DNA from: an uncultured Micavibrio sp.
GTDB taxonomy: Bacteria > Pseudomonadota > Alphaproteobacteria > Micavibrionales > Micavibrionaceae
Direction: 5' to 3'
Assembly: GCA_964562515.1 (NCBI GenBank)
Contig: CAZLTT010000006.1
Location: 1-44,745 of the forward strand
DNA: 44,745 nt
Positions 17,376 to 26,581 of the stretch are shown piece by piece (within the stretch, counting starts at the first letter, position 1; each line of letters opens with the position of its first letter). The position numbers were made by a program, and so were the translations under genes. The notes beneath the pieces were generated by a model. The model did not search any database. It saw only the letters and a program-made list of their open reading frames with translations, and was not told the DNA's origin.

Positions 17376-18407
17376 TTAAAGGATAATGCAGTCCTGACCG
17401 TTGTCTTCACGGTCCATCCTGAAAGTAAATTCTTGATCAAGCGTATCTTTTACATGATGCGCCCATTGTAAGCCGGGGTGGCGGATTTTTACGGAGGCAA
17501 CAGCCGTACCGATTTGCGCAGCGCCCAAAACACTGTGCCCGCGGGAAAGAGCGTGTAAAAAGCCGGCATTTCGCGTGTCTCCTGCGGCGAGGGCGTATTT
17601 TTGTCCGTGCCAAGGTAAAACGGGGATTTGAAAGTCTTCGCCCATCAGAGCCGCATAAACGGGCTTACTACCGTCTGACATCAAGACATTCGGAACCTGA
17701 TAGTGATGAATAAGTTTGTTCATCAAACGAGAAGGGTCGACCGTATGATCGGGCATGCCCTCAACCACAGCATCGCTCGGAACCATCAGAATATCTGTGC
17801 GTCCCAAAATTTCGTTAATCATCCCTGCTTTTGTCGGCTCTTTCGGCCAGATACTTTGACCCCAATCCACAACAAGCGGCTTGTTATAACTATTGGCTGA
17901 TCGTGCAGCCATAACGCCCATTCTTGGTTTCATCGGGTCCACAAACACAAGATCTGCGCCGCGAACCTCATTGTCGATCGTATCCTCAATGCCAACGGCC
18001 ATCTCAAGCGGGTTTTCGACAACATCTTTAACAATATTACGTCCGTCTCGATGCTCCGTTACTGCGTTAAAGGCGAGTGCGCTTTCCCCCTTGGTTGCGT
18101 CTACATAATCAATTTCGCTGTCAGCTAAAATCTCTGTAGCGGCCATGTGCGCCAGCCGCGCTCGTAAATTGCTTGCGGGTGGACGCCCCAGGCGGGTGAT
18201 GAGTTTAACGTATGTTTCCGTGCCATAGGCTTCATCAAGCTTCTTTAACGCCTGCACGCAATTGCCGGCTCCTCCGCCTAGGCGGATCTCTGATGTCGCG
18301 GCTGAAACCTTGCCGTCAGCTTTAAAGGGAGTTTCGGTTGGAAGTATGCGATTATCATCAACTGTAATCGCGCCAACCACCAGTATCCGTGGTGTATGTG
18401 TACTCAT
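17376..18407 (-). CDS. PfkB/ribokinase-like family kinase (divergent)
   Basis: The track gives 17376..18509. I prefer the ATG at 18407 (MSTHTPRILVVGAITVDD...), which avoids overlap with the upstream gene. N-terminal ILVVGAITVD and the GG motif (RLGGGAGN). C-terminal LAAGDTRNAGFLHAL resembles a degenerate GAGD anion hole. Confidence 0.55.
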   Translation of the reverse strand: MSTHTPRILVVGAITVDDNRILPTETPFKADGKVSAATSEIRLGGGAGNCVQALKKLDEAYGTETYVKLITRLGRPPASNLRARLAHMAATEILADSEIDYVDATKGESALAFNAVTEHRDGRNIVKDVVENPLEMAVGIEDTIDNEVRGADLVFVDPMKPRMGVMAARSANSYNKPLVVDWGQSIWPKEPTKAGMINEILGRTDILMVPSDAVVEGMPDHTVDPSRLMNKLIHHYQVPNVLMSDGSKPVYAALMGEDFQIPVLPWHGQKYALAAGDTRNAGFLHALSRGHSVLGAAQIGTAVASVKIRHPGLQWAHHVKDTLDQEFTFRMDREDNGQDCIIL

Positions 18408-18474
18408 TAAAAAATTAACCCTGTTCTCTTGGGTTAATGTGAGTAGCAAAAAACGTATGAAAATGGCAAGAAAA

Positions 18475-18867
18475 TTATTTAATCGGCAAGAAACCTTTGT
18501 GCTTGCCAAGTTTTCCGCAATATTGTGTCCATTCGATGTTTTCTTGCATGTAGCCTAGAATTTCCAGGTCTGTCCCAGACACCCATCGTTTGTCCCATTT
18601 TTCGTTCAAAGCGGGCAATTCACCGTCGATATATCCTTCGGCCTGACCTTCTGTTTTCGCTTCGTCATACGCGGCTTCCAGAAAAACATCAGAACCTTTT
18701 TGCAGCTTATCAAGCTGTTCCTGCGGCTTGTTTTTTTGCGCGGCGGTAATGCGCATAACTTTGAAAATCACCGAACATTCAGCAAGGCTTTTGGAAATCG
18801 GTTGCGTGTTTTGCGCCAAGGCAGGGGACGCGGTCAGAATCAGCAGAAGTGCGGCTAAAAATCTCAC
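18475..18867 (-). CDS. Secreted hypothetical protein
   Basis: GTG start at 18867 with GGAGG 4 nt upstream. It overlaps the metF stop as GTGA. Signal peptide RFLAALLLILTASPALAQ. No recognisable domain. Confidence 0.5.
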   Translation of the reverse strand: MRFLAALLLILTASPALAQNTQPISKSLAECSVIFKVMRITAAQKNKPQEQLDKLQKGSDVFLEAAYDEAKTEGQAEGYIDGELPALNEKWDKRWVSGTDLEILGYMQENIEWTQYCGKLGKHKGFLPIK

Positions 18868-19724
18868 GCAGCCTCCGCTTTGTGGCCAAGCGCGTTGCAA
18901 ACATCGACCGTGATCGGGGATTTATTCATCGAATAAAAATGAATGTGCTCGACACCCTTCGCGGCTAGATCTTCGGCCTGCAAGGTCAGGATTTCAGTCG
19001 CGACTTTACGGGCCTCTTCCGGCTTGTCATCCAAACCGTCGAATTTGGCCATCAACCAATCCGGTACATTGGCCTGACATCTTTCGGCGAATCCGCAAAC
19101 ACCCTTAAAGTCATAGATAGGCAGCAGACCGGGGCATATCGGTGTATCGATTCCCGCTTTCTGACAAGCATCGACAAATTCGAAATAAACATCGTTATCA
19201 AAGAAAAACTGCGTGATTGCACGGTCCGATCCGGCGTCACATTTCAGCTTCAAAGCCTGAATATCGGCATCAAGACTGTCCGCGTCGGGGTGTTTCTCGG
19301 GATAGCACCCGACGGAGATTTCGAAATCGTGCCAACCTTTTAACCCTTCAACAAAGTCGCTGGTGTACTGGAAATAATTGTCATCGGCATCGAGCGGCCA
19401 GTTCACATCGGAATCGGCCGGCATATCGCCGCGCAGCGCGATAATGTGGCGTACGCCCATATCCCATAGCCCGTCTGTATATTCCTTCAACTCTTCTTTG
19501 CGGGAATTAATGAAGGTCAAATGCGCCGCGAGCGGAATATTGAACTCCATCATCTTCTTCAAAGTGGCGATAGTACCATCGCGTGTGGAGCCGCCCGCAC
19601 CATACGTACAGGTCATATATTGCGGATTGAGCGCGGCCAGTTCAGGCACGGCTTTCCACAAAGATTCAGCGGCTTTGTCCGTTTTTGGCGGGAAAAATTC
19701 AAAAGATATGGTCGGTTGTGTCAT
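18864..19724 (-). CDS. metF: 5,10-methylenetetrahydrofolate reductase
   Basis: 286 aa. N-terminal SFEFFPPKT. Collinear MetF TIM-barrel motifs (TCTYGAGGSTR, ALRGD). Confidence 0.9.
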   Translation of the reverse strand: MTQPTISFEFFPPKTDKAAESLWKAVPELAALNPQYMTCTYGAGGSTRDGTIATLKKMMEFNIPLAAHLTFINSRKEELKEYTDGLWDMGVRHIIALRGDMPADSDVNWPLDADDNYFQYTSDFVEGLKGWHDFEISVGCYPEKHPDADSLDADIQALKLKCDAGSDRAITQFFFDNDVYFEFVDACQKAGIDTPICPGLLPIYDFKGVCGFAERCQANVPDWLMAKFDGLDDKPEEARKVATEILTLQAEDLAAKGVEHIHFYSMNKSPITVDVCNALGHKAEAA

Positions 19725-19834
19725 AATTATTCAGTAAGCAAAACATTTCATGATGGCAAGACAGGATTTATTTTTTGACTGAACACTCTCACATATCTTT
19801 ACAGACAGACCCTTTTTCGCGTAAATCACTACCT

Positions 19835-20512
19835 ATGAGATCACTTTTCATTTTGCTGTTGGTCTGTATGTTCGCAAACACCGCTGTTGCGCAGTCGGAA
19901 TTGCCGAATTACAAGCAACTGGATATCAGCTCAAAATTCTCTTACAAGGACCGCCCGCGGTCCGACTGGCGCTCTTGTGAAACCGACAATGACTGCGAGC
20001 TGTTTTATTATGGCTGTAATGACGTGATCGGCATTAACAAGGAATCCCGTAAAAACGCGGAAAAGCATTATTACGAAAGATTGCATCGCGATCCGCGCAC
20101 AATGAATTGTATGCGTATCACCGATAATGACTATGTCGGTCAGATTACGCCTTTATGCCGCAAGACCTATTGCGGAGCATGGCAACATACCAAGTGTCTG
20201 GATCCCCCGAAATGCACACTTACCTATGAAGAAAAATGCCGCTACAGAGAGCGCATTTATACTGACCCCGAATTAAAAACCTATGGTCGCTCTATTCAGG
20301 AGCTATTCGCCTTGGATGATGACCAGTGCCGTGAAAAATGTGAAACATTCTACAAAAAGCGTGTAGTAGAGCTGACTGAGCTCGCACCGGTTCGCCTCGA
20401 AATGGATTGCGTATTCAACAGAGACAAGGTTTTGACGGGGGAAAAAACCTTCGAACAAACAGACATTGAACGAGAAACAGAAGATCAGGAAACAGAAGAA
20501 CAAACCCCATGA
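19835..20512 (+). CDS. Secreted cysteine-rich protein (12 Cys), function unknown
   Basis: The track start at 19775 is a TTG. The ATG at 19835 gives the signal peptide [20 protein letters not shown]. The mature part has 12 Cys and an acidic tail [14 protein letters not shown]. Its stop overlaps the guaA ATG as ATGA. No SD is visible. Confidence 0.5.
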   Translation: MRSLFILLLVCMFANTAVAQSELPNYKQLDISSKFSYKDRPRSDWRSCETDNDCELFYYGCNDVIGINKESRKNAEKHYYERLHRDPRTMNCMRITDNDYVGQITPLCRKTYCGAWQHTKCLDPPKCTLTYEEKCRYRERIYTDPELKTYGRSIQELFALDDDQCREKCETFYKKRVVELTELAPVRLEMDCVFNRDKVLTGEKTFEQTDIERETEDQETEEQTP

Positions 20513-22125
20513 CCGCACAACCCGATATGAGTTCCCCCGAGAATACCGACGCCCCTGATCTAGAAGTCCACGAACAACACGAACATATCCTGATCCTCGA
20601 TTTCGGATCACAGGTGACGCAATTGATCGCCCGTCGCCTGCGCGAAAGCGGCGTATATTGTGAAATCTGGCCGTTTAACCATGCCGACGAAGCGCGCATC
20701 AAGGCATTCGACCCCAAAGGTATCATCCTTTCCGGCGGTCCGTGCAGCGTTCTGGATGACGATGCACCATCTGCGCCGCAAATCGTATTCGAAATGGACG
20801 TGCCCGTTTTCGGCATCTGCTATGGCCAACAAACAATGGTCCAACAACTGGGCGGTAAGGTCGAAGGGGAGCAATCCCGTGAATTCGGCCGCGCAACCGT
20901 TGAGGTCGTTGACGAATCCAAAATTGCCGCTGGCGTCTGGAGCCCCGGTAACGAGGAACAGGTCTGGATGAGCCACGGTGACCATGTGGCCGAGTTACCC
21001 GATGGTTTCCGTGTTATCGCTAAGTCCGAAGGCGCACCATTTGCCTTCATCGCCGATACGGACCGCCGTTTCTACGGTGTGCAATTCCACCCCGAAGTCG
21101 TACATACACCGCACGGTAAGGACTTGCTGCGCAACTTCACACACAATATTTGCGGCTGTTCAGGCGACTGGACGATGGCGGCATTCCGCGAAGAGGCGGT
21201 TGCCAAAATCAAGGAACAAGTCGGCGACGGCAAGGTCATTTGCGGTCTGTCGGGCGGCGTGGATTCATCCGTGACGGCCGTTTTGCTCCACGAAGCTATC
21301 GGCGATCAATTGACTTGTATCTATGTCGATACGGGCATGATGCGCTCGAAAGAGAGCAAGCAGGTTGTTGAGCTGTTCCGTGATCATTACAACATCCCGC
21401 TGATCCATGAGGATGCGGGCGACCTGTTCTTGGGCGAACTTGAGGGCGTCACCGACCCTGAAACCAAGCGTAAAATTATTGGCCGCCTCTTCATCGAGGT
21501 TTTTGAAAAGCGCGCCAAGGAAGTCGGCGATGCGAAATATCTCGCGCAAGGCACATTGTACCCCGATGTGATTGAGTCCGTATCCTTCACCGGTGGACCG
21601 TCAGTTACGATCAAATCCCACCATAACGTCGGCGGCTTGCCGGAGCGTATGGATCTGCAATTGGTTGAACCGCTTCGTGAACTGTTCAAGGATGAAGTCC
21701 GCGAACTAGGCGTAGAGCTTGGCATGCACGCTGATTTCGTTGAGCGCCACCCATTCCCTGGTCCGGGTCTGGCCATTCGTATGCCGGGTGAAATTACCCG
21801 CGATAAACTGGAAATCCTACGAAAGGCCGATGCGGTCTATCTCGATGAGATCAAAAAGGCAGGACTGTACAACGAAATCTGGCAAGCCTTTGCCGTGCTG
21901 CTGCCCGTCAAAACGGTCGGTGTTATGGGCGATGGCCGTACTTATGATTATGTCTGTGCTCTGCGCGCGGTTACATCAACCGACGGCATGACGGCCGATT
22001 ACTACCCGTTCAGCCATGAATTCTTGGGCCGTGTCTCCACGCGCATCATCAACGAAGTCCACGGCATCAATCGCGTCACCTACGACATCACCTCGAAACC
22101 GCCCGGCACGATCGAGTGGGAATAG
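20509..22125 (+). CDS. guaA: GMP synthase (glutamine-hydrolysing)
   Basis: 538 aa. GATase triad region FGICYGQQ ... HPE. ATP-PPase P-loop SGGVDSS. C-terminal PPGTIEWE. An alternative start at Met7 is possible. Confidence 0.95.
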   Translation: MTAQPDMSSPENTDAPDLEVHEQHEHILILDFGSQVTQLIARRLRESGVYCEIWPFNHADEARIKAFDPKGIILSGGPCSVLDDDAPSAPQIVFEMDVPVFGICYGQQTMVQQLGGKVEGEQSREFGRATVEVVDESKIAAGVWSPGNEEQVWMSHGDHVAELPDGFRVIAKSEGAPFAFIADTDRRFYGVQFHPEVVHTPHGKDLLRNFTHNICGCSGDWTMAAFREEAVAKIKEQVGDGKVICGLSGGVDSSVTAVLLHEAIGDQLTCIYVDTGMMRSKESKQVVELFRDHYNIPLIHEDAGDLFLGELEGVTDPETKRKIIGRLFIEVFEKRAKEVGDAKYLAQGTLYPDVIESVSFTGGPSVTIKSHHNVGGLPERMDLQLVEPLRELFKDEVRELGVELGMHADFVERHPFPGPGLAIRMPGEITRDKLEILRKADAVYLDEIKKAGLYNEIWQAFAVLLPVKTVGVMGDGRTYDYVCALRAVTSTDGMTADYYPFSHEFLGRVSTRIINEVHGINRVTYDITSKPPGTIEWE

Positions 22126-22376
22126 AGCAGAAGTAGCAATTTATTAAGCTATTGAATTAAAAGATTTTGACTTTCGTTCGCTGGCGAAAAAGTATTCGCA
22201 GCTACTATAAAAACCTGTTTAGCCCCACTTTTCGACATATCCCTTTCCTACATGGTAAAATAAGAGAAACAGGGAAAAAACAGCGGCAGAATACGGGTGA
22301 AATTCTCCATTGCCAGTTCGGAAGGGCTTTAGTAGATTGAATTTGCACAAAGATTTTCAAACTGAAGTGTTTTCGC

Positions 22377-22880
22377 GTGGCTTATAATTTTAAGAATATC
22401 AAAGTATTGGTAGCCGACGACGATGCGACGATCCGCCTCGTTATCGCCAATATTTTCCGCACGTTGAAAGTGCGTGAATGCCTTCCCGCAGTTACGGGAA
22501 ACGAGGCACTGGAGATTTACAAACAACATAAACCCGACCTGATTCTGACCGACTGGCAGATGCAGGACATGGATGGATTGGATTTATGCGCGGCGATCCG
22601 CAAATTAGATCGCGAAAGTGGTGAGGCAACGCCCATCATCTTGATGTCGGGTTTCGCCGATGAAAGCGGAGTAAAGCGGGCCATTGAACTGGGCGTGAAT
22701 GAATTTTTGCTCAAACCGTTTTCGGTGAATGATCTGGCCGCACGTGTCGCTTACGTTATTGATAATCCCCGAGAATGTGTGATTACACCGAATTATTTCG
22801 GACCGGACCGTCGCCGCCGCGATATTCCGGCATATGACGGACCGGAACGTAGAAAAGACAAAGCAGGAGGGGATTCATGA
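22377..22880 (+). CDS. Single-domain CheY-like response regulator with an Arg-rich C-terminal extension
   Basis: 167 aa with a GTG start. Receiver residues are present: VLVADDD, phospho-acceptor in LILTDWQMQDMDG, ILMSG, LLKPF. Tail is FGPDRRRRDIPAYDGPERRKDK. Confidence 0.85.
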   Translation: MAYNFKNIKVLVADDDATIRLVIANIFRTLKVRECLPAVTGNEALEIYKQHKPDLILTDWQMQDMDGLDLCAAIRKLDRESGEATPIILMSGFADESGVKRAIELGVNEFLLKPFSVNDLAARVAYVIDNPRECVITPNYFGPDRRRRDIPAYDGPERRKDKAGGDS

Positions 22881-23365
22881 GTGATAACGCCTCCAAAGAC
22901 CTGATGGAAATTGTCCTTCAGCATTATCTGAAACACCACGAGATTATCTTGAAAAAGCTTGTTCACGCGCAAAAAGCGACGGAAATGAGCATGGCGCAGC
23001 TGCGGGAAATGTCCGATGCAAACAATGCCGAGAATGTAGATGTGATGTGGGCGGAAATCATCAATATGTTCCGTGACTTTGCCGCATCCGAAGACGAATT
23101 GTTCAACATCGAAGACTTGCTCGGCACAGTTCCTAAAACAATTAAAGAGCCTTACGAGGAACTCGTTGAGAATGATGACGAGCTGCAAAAGCTCAAGGCC
23201 GAGTTGGATAGCGATGAATATAAAAAGGCCAAGGAAGCCGTTAACCGTGTTCAGGCAGAACCCAACCCGATGTCGGGCATGACCGCCGATGAATACGCCA
23301 AAAAGGCCGAAGACAGCGATATGGTCAAGGCGTTACGCTTCGTTCCGCCAAATCGCAAACACTAG
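22877..23365 (+). CDS. Acidic, predicted helical hypothetical protein
   Basis: 162 aa. ATGA overlap with the regulator stop. GGAGG 7 nt upstream of the ATG. No recognisable domain. Confidence 0.55.
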   Translation: MSDNASKDLMEIVLQHYLKHHEIILKKLVHAQKATEMSMAQLREMSDANNAENVDVMWAEIINMFRDFAASEDELFNIEDLLGTVPKTIKEPYEELVENDDELQKLKAELDSDEYKKAKEAVNRVQAEPNPMSGMTADEYAKKAEDSDMVKALRFVPPNRKH

Positions 23366-23392
23366 AGCGAATACATCAAAATTTTAGAGAGA

Positions 23393-24466
23393 TTATCGGG
23401 CCGCAGTCTTCAGGCTGTTCGCGGCGCGCGCGATCATTTCCTTGTAATGGGTCAACAAGGTATCGATCACGACCTGCTTGCTAAACAACTCTTCATAGGT
23501 TTGCTTGCCGCCAGTTACCAGCTTTGCTGCAAGCGCGTCATCATTGGCAATGTCTTGTATCTGCGCCGCCAGAGTTTGGGCATCGTCAATTTCATGCAGC
23601 AAGCCGTCTTGTTCATGCGTGACATATTGCTTTGCCCCTGCGGCTTTGGCGGCGATCAACGGCACACCCGCAAACCAACTTTCCGCGATGACAGTCCCGA
23701 ACGGTTCATAGCGCGATGGCAGAACGCAGATATCGGCAATGTCGAGCAACGCCGCACGGTCATTGCGCCAGCCGAGAAATCGCACACGATCATCCAATCC
23801 CATTTTGCTGCACATAGTCTCGTATTTTTCTTGCTCTGGCCCGTCTCCGGCCAACAGATAATAGATATTCGGCGTTGTCGCATCCGCGGCTTCAAGCAAC
23901 GTATCTACGCCTTTTTTCCAATGCATACGCGATAGCAGCAAAACAACTTTCGCATCGTCAGGTATGTTGAATTCGGCGCGCTTTACTGGCTTGTCTTCGG
24001 GCAAAGTGCCGAATGTGTGGCCGACAAAAGCGCGGCTCGGGTCGGAAATATTCTCACGGATATGGCGCACAATATCGCGCGTAACGCCCATGTAGAAATC
24101 GCAATTCTTATAATTTTTCAGATCGTAATACCCGCCGAACCAACCCAATACCGGCACGCCTGTCCCTGCAGGCATAAAGGAGGAGGCGCGGCTCATCCAA
24201 CAATGGACAAGGTCGGGTTTGAATTCCTCAATCGCGGCGCGGATGATTTTTTGCTCCCCGCGTTTTTTAAAACGGTTGAATGTCAGCGGCGTATAGGGGA
24301 TGTCGCGCTCCTCCATCGCATTGACGCGGTTCGGATGCGGGCGGCACAAAACACGTTGTTCGACCCCACGTTCATGCAAAGCGCACATTGCATCTTGAGA
24401 GAATGTTTCGGCACCGCCTGTCGGCGCACCTGCAACGATATGAAGGATTTTCAGCTTTTCACTCAT
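23393..24466 (-). CDS. Glycosyltransferase family 4 (GT-B)
   Basis: I prefer the ATG at 24466 (MSEKLKILHIVAGAPTGGAE). E-x7-E region EPFGTVIAESWFAGVPLIA. Confidence 0.8.
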   Translation of the reverse strand: MSEKLKILHIVAGAPTGGAETFSQDAMCALHERGVEQRVLCRPHPNRVNAMEERDIPYTPLTFNRFKKRGEQKIIRAAIEEFKPDLVHCWMSRASSFMPAGTGVPVLGWFGGYYDLKNYKNCDFYMGVTRDIVRHIRENISDPSRAFVGHTFGTLPEDKPVKRAEFNIPDDAKVVLLLSRMHWKKGVDTLLEAADATTPNIYYLLAGDGPEQEKYETMCSKMGLDDRVRFLGWRNDRAALLDIADICVLPSRYEPFGTVIAESWFAGVPLIAAKAAGAKQYVTHEQDGLLHEIDDAQTLAAQIQDIANDDALAAKLVTGGKQTYEELFSKQVVIDTLLTHYKEMIARAANSLKTAAR

Positions 24467-24511
24467 GGCGCGCAGTGTGCCGCAGCGACCATCGAAATTC
24501 AAGCGCGAAAA

Positions 24512-25177
24512 CTAAAACGGGCAAGGGTCTTTAAATGTAATCAACTCGCCGTCTTTCGGATGATGGATAGTCAGCGAGAGCGCATGCAGTTGCAGCCGGT
24601 CCGCGGCCTCGAAAACATCTTCGGGCGCATAGAAAGGATCACCCAGAATTGGATGGCCGATTTCCGCCATATGCACCCGCAATTGATGAGACCTGCCCGT
24701 GATCGGCGAAAGCGAAAGCCGCGTTGTGTTGTCATCATGCCCGATAGCGCGCCAGTCTGTCTGGGCGGGTTTGCCGTGCTCATAACACACCATTTGCCGT
24801 GGACGGTTATCCCAATCACACCGTAAAGGCAGATCGATATGCCCCTCGTCCTCCTCGGGGCGACCCCAAACCCGCGCAATATAGGTTTTTTGCGTTTTTC
24901 GCCGCTCGAACTGTTTTCCCAAATTGGCCTGTGCTGCCTTGTTCAATGCCATCACAAACACGCCGCTTGTCTCAAGATCGAGCCGATGCACAAGCAGGGC
25001 TTCGGGAAAGTCGGCCCGCGCACGTGTCTCAAGACTGTCTGCATGATCGGCGGCTTTTCCCGGCACGCTCAACAAGCCGCTTGGCTTCGAAAGCACGAGC
25101 AGGTCGCTATCCTGATGTAAAATTGTAAGAGGATCGGTCGGCGGGTTGTATTGCAGAGGTCTAGGAGGCAAAGACAA
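24512..25177 (-). CDS. RluA family pseudouridine synthase
   Basis: 221 aa. Catalytic motif HRLDLETSGV. SGRSHQLRVH motif. Confidence 0.85.
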   Translation of the reverse strand: MSLPPRPLQYNPPTDPLTILHQDSDLLVLSKPSGLLSVPGKAADHADSLETRARADFPEALLVHRLDLETSGVFVMALNKAAQANLGKQFERRKTQKTYIARVWGRPEEDEGHIDLPLRCDWDNRPRQMVCYEHGKPAQTDWRAIGHDDNTTRLSLSPITGRSHQLRVHMAEIGHPILGDPFYAPEDVFEAADRLQLHALSLTIHHPKDGELITFKDPCPF

Positions 25178-25391
25178 CTTTTACACCGCGCTTTTTAAAA
25201 TAGCTCTGCATCATCTTGCGTCCTGCGCGGTTATTTTGGCTCAAACGTTCAGGCTCGAAAACGGCTTCCTTCTCACCCGCATCGCGCATTGCGCTTTTCA
25301 GGTTGGCAATATGCAGGTCAATATCGTCATTGTCGTTTACTAGCGAGGTGTAGATCGCTTCTTTCGCGTCTTCGAGTGAAAGCTGTCCCAT
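25161..25391 (-). CDS. Small hypothetical protein
   Basis: 76 aa. AAAGGA 8 nt upstream of the ATG. Overlaps the rluA-like start by 17 nt. No recognisable domain. Confidence 0.5.
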   Translation of the reverse strand: MGQLSLEDAKEAIYTSLVNDNDDIDLHIANLKSAMRDAGEKEAVFEPERLSQNNRAGRKMMQSYFKKRGVKVVFAS

Positions 25392-25657
25392 AACAAAAAT
25401 CCTTTTAAATCATCTCTTTTTGCTTTATCAAATGCACCATGAGCACACAAGAAAAAGACGCTTTGAAAAAAACGTTACTCACGGGCACCCACCTCGCCCC
25501 GACAGGGCATGGCGCGGGCTGTGCGTGTTGTATGCCCGAAGAAGAGGACGAGGAATAGCCCTCCTATATCCGCGTTCGTCTCGTTTGCTCTTAATTCTCT
25601 TTGAAGATGATAATTCTGGTCAAATATTAGTGTTTGCGGCATATTAGCGCTTATTCA

Positions 25658-25687
25658 TTGACAAAATAGCTATTTACATATTATATA
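25658..25687 (+). promoter_or_regulatory. Candidate sigma70-type promoter for the HAD gene
   Basis: TTGACA (25658-25663), 17-18 nt, then TTATAT/TATATA (25681-25687). GAGG lies 10 nt upstream of the ATG at 25715. Confidence 0.45.
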
Positions 25688-25714
25688 TACGCTGTTTTTT
25701 GAGGTATATATGAG

Positions 25715-26491
25715 ATGACAGGGTCAAACCTGATACATGAGCACATTCCTGATGCGGTTATTCTCGATCTTGATGGTACTACCACCAAGCGCGGTATGGC
25801 TGCGCGTCTTGTTGATACATTCGGCTGTGAAGCGGCTGTTTTGCGCATTATCAATGCATCCCATATCACCTACGAAGCTCTAAAATCAGCCAAAAAGGCT
25901 CTTATCCCGTTTGATCTTCATACAGGTCCGTTAAAGCGCGGTATTCTCAACAGTATTGCCGGTCCTCAGATGTCTTCGATGCCTATTAGCGATTTTTTCG
26001 CCGAAGCCGGCATCGTAAGCGGCTTGCTGAGTAATAACAGCCGTTTTGCATGGGGTGATCGCTTAATGCGCCATGTTCATTTTGGACGGGGCTTTGATCA
26101 TATGATGTTCAGAGAAGATCTGGGCGTCCATGCCAAGCCTAGCCCATATGGCGCTCTTACAATGCTAAACCAGATGTTTCCTGACCAAGAGTCTAAGGTC
26201 GTCTGGGTCATTGGCGATATGTGTTCTGATATGCAGATGGCGCTCAACGCCGGAGAGTTTTCAGAGCACACTATCGTACCGGTCGCTATGGGTACGGGAA
26301 GTGCTCATAAGTATCTGACTTCATTAGGAATGCTCGAGGCTGAGCAAGCACTGAGTTTCGGGGAAATGGACGATCTGGCGGCTGATTTATTTATTCGTCT
26401 GGGTGGCGGCGTTGATCAGGTTGTCACTATTACAAACACCATTCAGGATGACGAGAAAATTGCGCCTCCCCCTGAGTGGGCGCGTCCATAA
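25715..26491 (+). CDS. HAD superfamily hydrolase (phosphatase-like)
   Basis: 258 aa. HAD motifs appear in order: ILDLDGT, LLSNNS, KPSP, IGDMCSD. Confidence 0.6.
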   Translation: MTGSNLIHEHIPDAVILDLDGTTTKRGMAARLVDTFGCEAAVLRIINASHITYEALKSAKKALIPFDLHTGPLKRGILNSIAGPQMSSMPISDFFAEAGIVSGLLSNNSRFAWGDRLMRHVHFGRGFDHMMFREDLGVHAKPSPYGALTMLNQMFPDQESKVVWVIGDMCSDMQMALNAGEFSEHTIVPVAMGTGSAHKYLTSLGMLEAEQALSFGEMDDLAADLFIRLGGGVDQVVTITNTIQDDEKIAPPPEWARP

Positions 26492-26581
26492 TATTTTCCT
26501 GCCTAGAATCTTTGCATTTCTGCACTATTTGTGTACATATAGCGAAATCATCAAACCCGATTATGGATAAGGAATACTGAC

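Noticed and set aside
17216-17440. A 74-aa minus-strand ORF covering the metE leader.
   Set aside because: It overlaps the SAM-II riboswitch and the promoter and runs into the 3' end of the kinase gene. The RNA element explains the conservation-like structure better.
22126-22376. The 251-nt non-coding gap after guaA, checked for a small RNA, riboswitch or small ORF.
   Set aside because: I found no stable hairpin, no conserved riboswitch core and no SD-preceded ORF. It most likely holds the regulator's promoter region. Transcript data would be needed to say more.
24017-24826. A 269-aa plus-strand ORF spanning the GT4 / rluA junction.
   Set aside because: It runs antisense across two well-supported genes and their intergenic gap. 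Its composition is Arg/Cys/His-rich and it has no start context.
25420-25647. A 75-aa plus-strand ORF (MLYQMHHEHTRKRRF...).
   Set aside because: It has a TTG start, no SD and an Arg-rich low-complexity translation. It overlaps the frame of the equally uncertain 39-codon ORF, which is reported as a low-interest finding.
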